In this document: positions 47,549 to 57,223 of the stretch, piece after piece
How the letters are laid out: each line of letters begins with the position of its first letter
Position numbering within the stretch: position 1 is the stretch's first letter
Assembly: GCA_965279515.1 (NCBI GenBank)
Contig: CBDIID010000003.1
Span: forward strand, 1,664,001-1,728,000
Direction: 5' to 3'
DNA from: Turneriella sp.
GTDB taxonomy: Bacteria; Spirochaetota; Leptospiria; Turneriellales; Turneriellaceae
DNA length: 64,000 nt
Position numbers and translations under genes: made by a program
The notes under the pieces: generated by a model
What the model saw: only the letters and a program-made list of their open reading frames with translations
The model's database searches: none
Told to the model about the DNA's origin: nothing

Positions 47549-48361
47549 CTACGAGGCAATCGGCATGCCGAGCTCTTTGAGTTTATCAGCTGCCATATAA
47601 TAGTTATCTTTCGCATCGGGATGAAAACCCGGGGTAAAATATTCGACGTTGTGGCGGATGAGCGCAGGCAAGAGGCCGCCGGAAATCTCAGGCAGTGTCT
47701 TCAGATCGTTCCAGACGCGTTCCAGGGTGAGTTCCTTGTCACCCGCCATAAACCAGACCGTACCGATCGCAGTATAAACCGTGAGCAGGGCCGACGCAAC
47801 GACCATGCCGCTGGCGCGCAGCGGATAGTTCGCATCGATCGCCTGCAGCATATCGAATGCGACCGACTTATGCTCGATTTCTTCGGCCGCATGCCAGCCC
47901 ATCATGTCGGCAACTTCTTTCTGCATGGTTTGCAGCAGCCTCTCGCCGGGTGTGAAAGCAGTTTCCGCGAGGGCGGCGGTATAATGCTCGAAGCCGACGG
48001 TTGCAGAGAGCAAAAACTTTTTGCCCAGCAGCTTTTCGACCAGCGGCTCCATGGCATCGATCGCGGTCTCCTGGAAAAATTTCGCAAAACTATCGACGGG
48101 TAATCCCAGCTCGCGTAGCCGCGCCCAGAACTGGCGGTGCACCTGGTCGTGCACGCTTTCTTGTCCCAGAAACTTCTTGAGTTCGCCCTTTTGCTCGGCG
48201 GGGGCCTGTTCAAGCATGCCGCGCACCGCGCGGATGAAGAACACCTCGCCGATCGGCACGAGCACGTGCAGGGCATTCATGATGTGGGTTGCAACGGCGT
48301 TATTGCCGTAATAGTAGCGCTCTACTCGAGAGAAGTCAAAGGTCGGTCTGCGGACTTGCAT
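47549..48361 (-). CDS. Predicted metal-dependent hydrolase (Metal_hydrol family)
   Basis: P.GE.FFI..VR, QE..H...H, EHYTA and WHAAEEIEHKSVAFD motifs. Confidence 0.88.
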   Translation of the reverse strand: MQVRRPTFDFSRVERYYYGNNAVATHIMNALHVLVPIGEVFFIRAVRGMLEQAPAEQKGELKKFLGQESVHDQVHRQFWARLRELGLPVDSFAKFFQETAIDAMEPLVEKLLGKKFLLSATVGFEHYTAALAETAFTPGERLLQTMQKEVADMMGWHAAEEIEHKSVAFDMLQAIDANYPLRASGMVVASALLTVYTAIGTVWFMAGDKELTLERVWNDLKTLPEISGGLLPALIRHNVEYFTPGFHPDAKDNYYMAADKLKELGMPIAS

Positions 48362-48430
48362 AGGCCAAACCTGCAAAATAATGACAGCGGTGTCAAGTTT
48401 ATTTTGAACCCTTGTTCACTTTTGCAAGGG

Positions 48431-49354
48431 TTATTTTAAGAATTTCAGCGCATCCGCAACGGTTTCAGCGGGTATTTCTTCATGCGGCACATGCCCGGCA
48501 TTTTCATAGATCACTGTCTGCGGCAAAAGCAGCTTCTTACGGAAAATCTCTTGCTGCTCGATGGGAATCCAGCGGTCGTGGCGCCCCCACATAATGAGCG
48601 TCGGGCTGCCAATCTTCCTCAAAAGCGTTCCGTCGCCCTCCGCCAGCTGCAGCGCGCGATCGACAAATGCCTCGCGGTTACCCGCGCGCAGCGTCATGGT
48701 AAAATAACGATCGATCAAAGCGTCGGTCACCTTCGATGCATCAAAATAAACTTCCTTGAGACTGCGCTTCACGAGAAAGCGCGGGCTGATATATTTGGCC
48801 GCGCTACTGAGCACGGGTTTGCGCGCAAGCCTGATCGGCAGGGGGATCTCCCCCATGCGCGGCAGACCTGCACTGTCGATGAGTATGAGTTTGAAGACGT
48901 CGTCGGGATGCGCGGCCGCATAACGCCAGGCAATGTGGCCGCCCAAAGAATTGCCCACGAGATTCACCTGCTTGATGCCGAGCGCGGCGAAAAAGTTTTC
49001 GAGAAATTTCACATAACTTTCGATGGAATAATTGCGGTCTGCCGCGGGGCCCGTGAGACCAAATGCCGGTAGATCCATGCGAATAACGCGGAACGATTTT
49101 TTGAGTTCGGGCACCCAGCCCTGCCAGGTATGCAGGCTAGCCGCCGTGCCATGGACCAGCACCACCGTCTCTTTTTTGTCCTTGGTTTTGCCCTCGTCGG
49201 TGTAGTGGACGCGCAGCCCCTTAATATCGATGAACTGCGATTCAGGAAGTTTGTATTTGTTTTCGACTTCGACTGCGGGAATGTCGAAATGCACCTGCAG
49301 GCCGATCGTGACGACCAGCGCTGCAAGCACACCAAGGGCAATCTTTTTTTTCAC
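48431..49354 (-). CDS. Alpha/beta hydrolase with N-terminal anchor
   Basis: LVHG..ASLHTW, DLPAFGLTGP, GNSLGG and GHVPHEE motifs. Confidence 0.92.
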   Translation of the reverse strand: MKKKIALGVLAALVVTIGLQVHFDIPAVEVENKYKLPESQFIDIKGLRVHYTDEGKTKDKKETVVLVHGTAASLHTWQGWVPELKKSFRVIRMDLPAFGLTGPAADRNYSIESYVKFLENFFAALGIKQVNLVGNSLGGHIAWRYAAAHPDDVFKLILIDSAGLPRMGEIPLPIRLARKPVLSSAAKYISPRFLVKRSLKEVYFDASKVTDALIDRYFTMTLRAGNREAFVDRALQLAEGDGTLLRKIGSPTLIMWGRHDRWIPIEQQEIFRKKLLLPQTVIYENAGHVPHEEIPAETVADALKFLK

Positions 49355-49357
49355 GAC

Positions 49358-49675
49358 TTAGAGGCCGGGAAACGATGTGACATACTTGATCTTCACATCG
49401 GGAAACGAAGTCACAAACTGCACCTTGATATCGGCAAACGAAGTGGTCTCCTGCCATTTGCCGCAGGAATCAGGGAATGACGTCACCTTCTGCACTTTGA
49501 GATCGGGAAATGAATCGACGATCTGCACCTTGATATCGGGGAATGACGTGACGATCTGCACTTTACCATAAAGCTTTTTGCCTTTGAATGTGCAATCGCT
49601 GCCCACCGACCCGGCAGACAGCGAAAAAAAACCGGCAAGCGCTGCGCCGAGAGTAAAAATTAATATCTTTTTCAT
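49358..49675 (-). CDS. Exported protein with six ~11-aa repeats; probable 7(1) septoil-knot (DUF6150-like) domain
   Basis: Signal peptide, then (I/L)KVQ.V.SFPD x6 with a central CGKW; 33-bp DNA periodicity. Confidence 0.7.
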   Translation of the reverse strand: MKKILIFTLGAALAGFFSLSAGSVGSDCTFKGKKLYGKVQIVTSFPDIKVQIVDSFPDLKVQKVTSFPDSCGKWQETTSFADIKVQFVTSFPDVKIKYVTSFPGL

Positions 49676-50247
49676 TTATCTTCCTTTTTATATGTCATAT
49701 AATAAAAAATCTTTTCAGGACCGTAGATTTCGATGCCGTATTCGTCTTCAAAATCCTTTTCACGATAAACATAGGCCGGCAGTTTGTTCTCCAGGGAATA
49801 CTTAGTGAACATCGGATAAACCTTCATGACCCCAGCTACCATGGAAAACATACCGCGGAACGGGAACACTGTCTGCAGATATTCGCGGCGCTCTATGGTT
49901 TTTGTTTTCAGTACTGCATGTCCCTTGAGTTTTTCGAGCTGTTCGGGTTTCAAAACGGCAATCGCATCGCTGCGGCAACGGTCTTCACCGGCGATGGCAG
50001 GCATATCGTAATAGATGCCGCCGACGCGGTAGTCTTTGATACCCGCTGCTTCGATTTCTTTGTTCAGTTTCTTTAGGACATCCCCGATTTTTTTATAAGA
50101 ACCGACATGGCGAATATATGCAACATGGAAGGGACCCGCTTCAGCACGTACAATCGGCGCTGGTGAGGAAAACCCGCCGTAATAGGCCCAGAGTAAAGTG
50201 AGGCCCGCGGCAACAGCCGCGAGCACCAGGATAAGTTTCTTAAGCAC
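49672..50247 (-). CDS. GyrI-like ligand-binding domain protein, membrane anchored
   Basis: VAYIRHVGSYKKIG, GIYYD.P....CRSD and IEIY motifs. Confidence 0.8.
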   Translation of the reverse strand: MLKKLILVLAAVAAGLTLLWAYYGGFSSPAPIVRAEAGPFHVAYIRHVGSYKKIGDVLKKLNKEIEAAGIKDYRVGGIYYDMPAIAGEDRCRSDAIAVLKPEQLEKLKGHAVLKTKTIERREYLQTVFPFRGMFSMVAGVMKVYPMFTKYSLENKLPAYVYREKDFEDEYGIEIYGPEKIFYYMTYKKEDK

Positions 50248-50668
50248 TGGGTGAGGTTCTCGACTGAATGCCCTTGAGGAGCTTCACCGCCGCAGCTGCA
50301 ATACCGTTTTCAGGTTCTTTGCCATCTGGGGTCAGTTTGTCGATAATCTGCGGCAGAAGGTTAGAGAGTGCCTGTGGCACTTCAGAAGCCTTCATTTTCG
50401 CCTGCGCTGCGAGTTCTTCGATCTTGTTCACGCCGAGCGCTTCTTTGATTTTGTCCGGGTTGATCGGATGGTTTTCACCGGTACCGACCCACGACGAAAC
50501 CGTGTCTTTAAGCCCTTTTTCCCTGAGAGTGTTAACGATGCTTTCGATCTGCGCCTTTTTCTCGTCGAGAGCCAATGACGCAACCAATCCCTCAAGTTTC
50601 TCTTTGCCTACATTGATCTGTGAGCTAGCCTGATCAATATATTTTTTTATGTCTTCTTGAATACTCAT
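50240..50668 (-). CDS. YidB/DUF937-family protein
   Basis: GL.D.V.SWVGTGEN.PI and LPQIIDKLTPDG motifs. Confidence 0.85.
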   Translation of the reverse strand: MSIQEDIKKYIDQASSQINVGKEKLEGLVASLALDEKKAQIESIVNTLREKGLKDTVSSWVGTGENHPINPDKIKEALGVNKIEELAAQAKMKASEVPQALSNLLPQIIDKLTPDGKEPENGIAAAAVKLLKGIQSRTSPSA

Positions 50669-50711
50669 AGTCGGCCACCCTATAGCCGGGGGCGGCGAAG
50701 TATAGCAAAAA

Positions 50712-51845
50712 TTAGCCCGACCGCGACAAAGGAACATGACGCAGCCATTTCGCGGCATCGAGCTGCCTCACCCCGCCATCGAGCCGGCGTTCGCGGTCGA
50801 GCCGGTGTACTAACTGGATGCCATCGGCTTTGACGAAACGCGCAAAGTGCGTCATGGCGGAGACGTCACTTTGCCCGCTCGATTTGGCTTCAATCATCCA
50901 GACCGGCTTGCGGTCGATCGTGACCAGAAAATCCACTTCGCGCCCCTCTTTATTGCGGAGATAGAATAGATCGGCGTTCACCCCATCCTGATCCTGCAGG
51001 CGATGGATCTCCTTGTGAAGTGCCGACGCAACAAGATTTTCAAGGCGCGCGCCGGGGTCATCCACCCCAGCATAGTCGAAAAAATAATATTTGGGGGACT
51101 TCAATATCGAACGCGCGATCTTCTCGTGGTAAGGCTTTACAGCAAACACCACAAACAAATTCTCGAGTATCGTCAGCCAGCGCTTCACCGTAGTGGCGTC
51201 GCGCTGCAGATCACGCGAGAGCGAAGCGTATGAGACCGGGTTCGCCACAGAGCGGCGCAAAAGCTCGACCAGGGTCTCAATCGCGAAAATCTCACGTACC
51301 TGCTCGAGATCGAGCAGGTCTTGCCTGAGAATAATATCGAGATGCCCCTTGCGCCAGCGGTTGTAGGCAGCCTTTGAACCTTTAAGCCACGGCTCAGGAA
51401 AACCGCCGAGCTCAAGCAACGCATTGAGGGTTGCCCTATCACCAGCCTTAAGCTCTTTCAGGTCAAAGGGATGGATACGGTGCTGGAAAAAACGCCCGGC
51501 CAAAGAATCGCCGGTCTTGCGCGCGACATCGAGGCGCGCACTGCCCGTGACAATCAGGCGGGGGCGGACACCTTCGACGTCATAGATGCCCTTGAGAAAA
51601 TTCTTGAACTTACGCATCTTATGCAGCTCGTCGAAAATAACTGCATCGGTTTCGCGCGACCACCGCTGCTTCTCGATATCAACCCGGTCGGAAACGTTAT
51701 CGTAATTCAGATCGGTGTGGCTGGCAAACAGCATACGGGCGAGTGTCGTCTTACCTGTTTGCCGCGGCCCCGAAAGCAAAACCAATTTTTCACCAGCGTC
51801 TTGCCGCGCAGCTTCGAGATACCCTCTTTCAGCGCCAGCCTGCAT
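50712..51845 (-). CDS. AAA_14 ATPase with DUF4143 / C-terminal PD-(D/E)xK-like domain
   Basis: GPRQTGKT, DELHK, TGS, SLAGR, PKYYFFD and EVDF...IEAK motifs. Confidence 0.9.
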   Translation of the reverse strand: MQAGAERGYLEAARQDAGEKLVLLSGPRQTGKTTLARMLFASHTDLNYDNVSDRVDIEKQRWSRETDAVIFDELHKMRKFKNFLKGIYDVEGVRPRLIVTGSARLDVARKTGDSLAGRFFQHRIHPFDLKELKAGDRATLNALLELGGFPEPWLKGSKAAYNRWRKGHLDIILRQDLLDLEQVREIFAIETLVELLRRSVANPVSYASLSRDLQRDATTVKRWLTILENLFVVFAVKPYHEKIARSILKSPKYYFFDYAGVDDPGARLENLVASALHKEIHRLQDQDGVNADLFYLRNKEGREVDFLVTIDRKPVWMIEAKSSGQSDVSAMTHFARFVKADGIQLVHRLDRERRLDGGVRQLDAAKWLRHVPLSRSG

Positions 51846-51922
51846 GCGACTAAAACAGTCTGAAAACCGGAATAATCAAATCTTTTCTGGCTTACATGCC
51901 AGTTTAGTCAGGGGCACTTTAT

Positions 51923-52225
51923 CTATTTTGTAATCGCGCCGCCGAAGCGGTGGATGATGCGTTCGAGTTCGCGCTCGACCTCGTTGCGGAAAAAAGCATG
52001 GGTCAGCGCCACCTTCTCGGCGGTCTTCGACGCGGTAAAAGTATCCCCTTCTGCGGAGATCTTGTAGGTGAATTCGGTGACGCCCATCTTTTCAAAGCTG
52101 ATTTTGGCTTCCGGCAGGTTCAGGCCCATTTTTGCAAATTTGCCCAGTTCACCCTTGTGGAGAGCGCGCTCGATCTTGCGCATGAATTTTTCGGGTGTTT
52201 CGCCTGTGACTGTAAAACCTTTCAT
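51923..52225 (-). CDS. Hypothetical protein
   Basis: GGAGG RBS before MKGFTVTG; 100 aa. Confidence 0.65.
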   Translation of the reverse strand: MKGFTVTGETPEKFMRKIERALHKGELGKFAKMGLNLPEAKISFEKMGVTEFTYKISAEGDTFTASKTAEKVALTHAFFRNEVERELERIIHRFGGAITK

Positions 52226-52252
52226 GTTCCTCCCGGATGCACGATGCATTGG

Positions 52253-52289
52253 GGAAGCGGCGCGCAAGGATGCGCTCGGGGCCGCTTCC
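52253..52289 (+). repeat. GGA-loop palindromic element (intergenic)
   Basis: ggaagcggc-[gcgc-AAGGAT-gcgc]-tcggg-gccgcttcc. Confidence 0.7.
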
Positions 52290-52315
52290 AGAGCCGGCTA
52301 CAGTATTCCCATGAG

Positions 52316-53374
52316 TTACCGGATGTCAACCTCATAAGATTCCCCGGGCACCCAGTGCCGGTACGGAATCTGTTTTGCTTCGGCCTCACGCTTGAGGTAT
52401 AGAACCGGTTCCATGAGATTTTCGTCGCCCTGCCGGAATGTCGCCCAATGCACCGGCAGGATCATTTTCGCCTTCAGGTCGAGCGACGCCGTGACAGTTT
52501 CAGCCGGATCAACATGCGACGCTTTCATGAACCAGCGCGGCGCATAGGCACCGATCGGCATCAGCACCGCATCAAAACCTTTCGGAAATTTTTCTGAAAT
52601 TTTCCGGAAGTGCGAAGAATACGCGGTATCTCCGGCAAAGTAGATTGCCGCTTTACCCACCGTAAAGGCATAACTGCCCCAGTGGAACTGCATGCGGTCA
52701 CCCGGCGCGCGGAACGACCAGTGCTGTGAAGGCAAAAAATGCACATCGACGTCACCCACGGTCTGTTTTGTCCACCAGCGCATGTCTTCTGCACGCTCCA
52801 GGCCATTGCGTGTGCCCCAGGCCTTTTGCCCTTCGGGGAAAATAATTTTCATTTCCGGATTTTTTTTGCTCAGGAATTTTAAAGTCTCGAGGTCGCAGTG
52901 ATCGTAATGCGAATGGCTGATGACGACGGCGTCGATTTTCGGAAAATCTTCCTGCGCCAGCGGTATTTCCGTACGCCGCGAAACCAAAAAAATACCGGTA
53001 AAGATCGGGTCGGTGAGAATGTTGGTAATTCTGCCGGCTCGGTTGACGCTGATGAGTGCCGTCGCATGGCCGATCCACGTAATGCGGATTTTCCCCGTGG
53101 CCGCGATGAGGTCCGTGGCGGTGACTTTTTTCGTCTGCGGCGCTTCATCGGGCGCGCCGGGTATCACATCCGCATCGCGCCTGCTGAACAACTTCCATTT
53201 CAGAAAGGTCCAGAAGCCGTTTTCCATGATGTCGTCGTCGTTGTCGATATTTTGGAAGCGGTCGTCAGAAAAGTACGGCGATTTTTTCCTGTCGTCGTCG
53301 AGCGTCGCGCAGCGGGATATCCCCCCCGCGAAAACGATACCCCAAACGATTGCCGCCCATCGCACTGTGCGCAT
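52316..53374 (-). CDS. MBL-fold metallo-hydrolase (NAPE-PLD/RomA-like), probable lipoprotein
   Basis: WIGHAT, ISHSHYDHCD, QHWS.R, FAGDTAY, PIGAYAPRW and PVHWATF motifs. Confidence 0.92.
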   Translation of the reverse strand: MRTVRWAAIVWGIVFAGGISRCATLDDDRKKSPYFSDDRFQNIDNDDDIMENGFWTFLKWKLFSRRDADVIPGAPDEAPQTKKVTATDLIAATGKIRITWIGHATALISVNRAGRITNILTDPIFTGIFLVSRRTEIPLAQEDFPKIDAVVISHSHYDHCDLETLKFLSKKNPEMKIIFPEGQKAWGTRNGLERAEDMRWWTKQTVGDVDVHFLPSQHWSFRAPGDRMQFHWGSYAFTVGKAAIYFAGDTAYSSHFRKISEKFPKGFDAVLMPIGAYAPRWFMKASHVDPAETVTASLDLKAKMILPVHWATFRQGDENLMEPVLYLKREAEAKQIPYRHWVPGESYEVDIR

Positions 53375-53472
53375 GGCGGCAAAAAATGTTTTCGATCAGG
53401 GCGGTAATACAGTATTAAACGCCCTAAATTGTTTACGCCCCCGGGGCATCGCACCGAATCATACCGGCGCGT

Positions 53473-55017
53473 ATGTTCCGGAACATTTCTCTCATCGGTC
53501 GGCTGAGCCTCATTTTCTTCGCCTTCACGCTCATCAATATTCTGCTGTTCTGGCTCGCGACGGGCTCAAACCAGATGCGGCTGATCGCCGAAAAAGCGTC
53601 GCTCGAAATGCACCGCACGATTGTCTCGGTAGAACAACACCTCGGCGCGCTGGTGCATGAAAAGGCAGACCGGCAAAAGGCGGATTTCTACCGCGGGGAA
53701 AACGCGGCGGCCGCGGTTCTGGCTGTGTTCCAGAATACACAAAAAGTTACCCCGCCCGAGCTACTGGAATTCAACATCGTTTCCAATGCAAACACCGTGT
53801 TCCTGAGCTGGCCGCAATCCGCGGCAAAAAAAGAACTCGCACCGGCAGAACTGCAAAATGTCATCAAAACGCTGCGCCTGAAGGAGTTCAGCAACGAACC
53901 CTTTTACAGCGCACCCGACGTGCTGGCATACCGGCTCACCGTCTACATACCTTTTTTGAGCGACCGCGGGCAAGAGCTGCTGCTGCGTGCGGTATTCAGC
54001 ATGGAGGGGATGCGCACCGAACTCTCCCGCCTCATGCGGCTGGGTGCGGCGATAGTTGTTCTGCTGCTTCTGCTACAGGCTGCGCTTGGCTTTTTCCTCT
54101 ACCGCATGATTGTGCGCCCGTTGAAAGAACTGCGGCAGGCTTCGCATGCCACCGGCCGCGGCGATTTTGCGCAGGTTGAAGGTTATGCAGAAAGGCGCGA
54201 CGAAATCGGCACGCTGATTCAAACCTTCAATAAGATGTCGAAAGATATCCGCGATCAGAAAGAGACGATCCGGAAAAACTTCGAGGAGATCAAGACGCGC
54301 GACGACATCATGCAGCACGAGCTGATGATTGCCCAGCATATCCAGAAAAGTATTTTCCCCAAAGGGGAATATCCGCATCCCTTTGCCCTCGAATACAAAC
54401 CCCTCTATGCCGTTTCGGGTGATTTCTACGATGTCTATAAGCTCGCCGATGGCAGCATTGGTTACCTGATCTGCGATGCTTCGGGGCACGGAGTGCCCGC
54501 AGCGCTGCTGACGATGATGGCCAAATCGGCGTTTTCGGGTTTTACCCAGCGCCTCACGGATCCCGGCGAAATTATGAATGCCGTTAATAAACATCTCGCG
54601 GCCTCTCTCGAAATGACGGGCCAGTATCTCACGGCGCTTTTCATCCGCATTACCGATGAAGAGATTCAGTATGCCAATGCCACGCACCCTGAACCGATTG
54701 TGCACTCGCACGATGCCGTGCGGCTGAAGTCGAATGGCTTCTATGTCGGCATGATGGCCGAAACGCCTTTTGAATTTGAGACAGCGAAGTTCAAACGTAA
54801 ACCCGGCACAAAACTCGTGCTCTACACCGATGGCATCAGCGAAGGCAAGAACGATGCAGGCGAGCTTTTCGGCGTCGACCGCATCACACATATCGTCGCG
54901 GAACACGGCTCTAAGAGCGTTGAACAAATTAAAGAAGAGATATTGCTGGCGCTGAGCGCTTTTACCGGCGGTGCACTCGCCGAAGACGACGTCACACTGC
55001 TTGTGCTCGAGGTCTGA
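53473..55017 (+). CDS. HAMP-domain SpoIIE/RsbU (PP2C) phosphatase
   Basis: Two TMs, RRDEIGTL HAMP, SGDFYD, DASGHGVPAA, YTDG and DDVT motifs. Confidence 0.93.
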   Translation: MFRNISLIGRLSLIFFAFTLINILLFWLATGSNQMRLIAEKASLEMHRTIVSVEQHLGALVHEKADRQKADFYRGENAAAAVLAVFQNTQKVTPPELLEFNIVSNANTVFLSWPQSAAKKELAPAELQNVIKTLRLKEFSNEPFYSAPDVLAYRLTVYIPFLSDRGQELLLRAVFSMEGMRTELSRLMRLGAAIVVLLLLLQAALGFFLYRMIVRPLKELRQASHATGRGDFAQVEGYAERRDEIGTLIQTFNKMSKDIRDQKETIRKNFEEIKTRDDIMQHELMIAQHIQKSIFPKGEYPHPFALEYKPLYAVSGDFYDVYKLADGSIGYLICDASGHGVPAALLTMMAKSAFSGFTQRLTDPGEIMNAVNKHLAASLEMTGQYLTALFIRITDEEIQYANATHPEPIVHSHDAVRLKSNGFYVGMMAETPFEFETAKFKRKPGTKLVLYTDGISEGKNDAGELFGVDRITHIVAEHGSKSVEQIKEEILLALSAFTGGALAEDDVTLLVLEV

Positions 55018-56474
55018 TGGAGTGGGTAAAACGTGCGCGTGCCACCGGCTTTCTGGGAGCCGCAGCCATGGGCGCCGGGGCCGTCGTGCTGGCAGGGACG
55101 CTCCTCACGACCGTCACGCGCCTGCGCATGTTCGAACTGCGCGATTCACTACAATCTTTCAATGAGAAAAACGACGACCTGAGAAACGTCACATTGCTTT
55201 CGCGCATCTCGCTCATCAACCAGAGTGCGATGTCGGGCGGGCGCGAAAATGCCGCCTCGTACAAACAGGAAGCCGAGAGCGCACTCATTGCCATACGCCA
55301 GAGCCACACGAAGGACATGGAAGGTTCGCTCGTCGACCGCGCAGCCCTGCCCGTCCTGAATGCATTTAACTTTGTGACGGGTCTGCCAAGCCTGAAGCTC
55401 GGCAATACCCCCGAGCGTGAGATCGTACTCGATCTTGCCTTCCAGTTCGAAACCTACCGCGAATATGTCAAAGCGGTCAAAGGTTATGACATCTATATCG
55501 GTGAATTCCGTTTAAAGCCCGAAGAGCGCGAGTTTGCCTTGCTGCACCGCGGTTTCTGCCGCGCAATGCTGAGTGAATTCACACAGGCACTCGCCGATTT
55601 TAATACAGTCGCGAAGACCCCCGGTTCGCGCAGCGCATGGATCGCGCAAAAACTCACGGACTTTCTCACGGCACTCGAAGCGAAAATCCGCTTTATCGAG
55701 GCCGTAGCTGACCCGGCAAGGCGCGGTGAGCTCTATTATAATGCCGCGGCTTATCTCAAGGCCCTGGAAAATTTCGCCAAGGTAGACAAAGGCCAGCAGT
55801 CAGAGAAAATCCGCTTTCTGACGGCGCGCGCACTCGAAGAATCGGGCCGCAGCGTCGAGGCGCTCGGTATCTACCGCACACTCATCACCGCGGGCGGCTC
55901 TGAATATGCCGTAAACGCAAACCGGCGGATGTATCTCATGGGCACATTCCTGGGCAACGATAAGGAACTGGCGAGCGAATCGAAAAAGAATTCTGAAACC
56001 GTGGTCAAGGATAAGGAATTCATGGCGACGGTAACGCACCTCGAAAAATCGGCGGTTCAGCTGCACGAAGAAGCGGCAGCGGCAAAGGCCACGAAAAAAG
56101 CCGAACTGACTGCACTGGAGAAAATCGTCGCCGTCGAAGAGGTGCCCAAACCGTCTCAACCTGTTGCCGCACCTATACATCCCCCTGTAATCGAACCGCC
56201 AAAGCCGAAACCTAAAGACGAGGTCAATCTCAGGAATGAGAAAATCGCGACAAAATCTGAAAATCTTGCAGAAAATAAGAAGGAACAGCTGATCAAAAAA
56301 CAGCAGGAGAAAGTCGATAAGCTGACGATGGCCGATGGCAATATTTTTTACGGCGTAGTCTATAAAGAAACCGCAGATACGGTTTTTTTGTATTCTGTGT
56401 TGGGAAACCTCGAGTTAGAGAAGTCTAACATCCAGAAACGCGAAAAGGTCGCCGGAAAGAACGCCCTGAAATGA
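55017..56474 (+). CDS. TPR-repeat membrane-anchored protein
   Basis: TM anchor, TPR-like helices (LLHRGFCRAML..F.QALADF), Pro-rich linker and a small C-terminal beta domain. Confidence 0.7.
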   Translation: MEWVKRARATGFLGAAAMGAGAVVLAGTLLTTVTRLRMFELRDSLQSFNEKNDDLRNVTLLSRISLINQSAMSGGRENAASYKQEAESALIAIRQSHTKDMEGSLVDRAALPVLNAFNFVTGLPSLKLGNTPEREIVLDLAFQFETYREYVKAVKGYDIYIGEFRLKPEEREFALLHRGFCRAMLSEFTQALADFNTVAKTPGSRSAWIAQKLTDFLTALEAKIRFIEAVADPARRGELYYNAAAYLKALENFAKVDKGQQSEKIRFLTARALEESGRSVEALGIYRTLITAGGSEYAVNANRRMYLMGTFLGNDKELASESKKNSETVVKDKEFMATVTHLEKSAVQLHEEAAAAKATKKAELTALEKIVAVEEVPKPSQPVAAPIHPPVIEPPKPKPKDEVNLRNEKIATKSENLAENKKEQLIKKQQEKVDKLTMADGNIFYGVVYKETADTVFLYSVLGNLELEKSNIQKREKVAGKNALK

Positions 56475-57223
56475 AGAAAATCCTGCTGGTATGCGCAATA
56501 AGTGTGGCAGCACTGCATGGTCTGGAACCAGGCAAGCATTATGATTTTCTGCAGAAAAACGGCCAAAACGTGCTCGGCGCTGAACTCATCGCCGAGACAG
56601 ATACCGAATATGTGGTGCGGTTGAAATATGTACCCAAGCCGATTAAGCTGACGAAACAAAACCTCAGCGAAAACCCGCTGCTTTCGAAAATTCAGCCGCC
56701 GCCGGCAAGCCCGAAACTACAGCTACGCGGCAACTTTGTGCTCAATACCTCGGTCGGCTTCTCGTATCTAACCATGGGGCAGCTCTCGTCCATATTCCGC
56801 AGCGGCTACGAGGCGCGTATCGGCGCCGACTGGCAATTGTTTGACAAACCCTTTTACCGTCTGCGCGCCATTTCGTTGCTCACCACCTTTGCCCGCTACC
56901 AGAGCGCGCCGCGCCGCATTCAGCTGATGTCGGCTTACGTGGGCCCCAAAATACTGGTGTGGCGTTTTGAAACGATCGACGCGGCACTGTTCGCATCACC
57001 GCTCATCGGTCTAAGTTATGCAGATCTGACGGGATACACCTTTACATCGAGCTATGCGACGCTCGCTGCGGTTGGCCTATTGAGTTTTGAGAAACGCTGG
57101 AAACATTTCGCCTTCGCAGCGCAGTTCTATGTAAATTCTCTGTTCGATAGCTCTCTGAATTTTGAATCGACCGGTATCAGCCTCGCGGCCCAGTATCCCT
57201 TGGGAAGTGCGGCACCATTCTAA
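56471..57223 (+). CDS. Exported protein, probable OM beta-barrel
   Basis: Signal peptide, small N-terminal beta domain, Pro linker and amphipathic strands. Confidence 0.6.
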   Translation: MKKILLVCAISVAALHGLEPGKHYDFLQKNGQNVLGAELIAETDTEYVVRLKYVPKPIKLTKQNLSENPLLSKIQPPPASPKLQLRGNFVLNTSVGFSYLTMGQLSSIFRSGYEARIGADWQLFDKPFYRLRAISLLTTFARYQSAPRRIQLMSAYVGPKILVWRFETIDAALFASPLIGLSYADLTGYTFTSSYATLAAVGLLSFEKRWKHFAFAAQFYVNSLFDSSLNFESTGISLAAQYPLGSAAPF

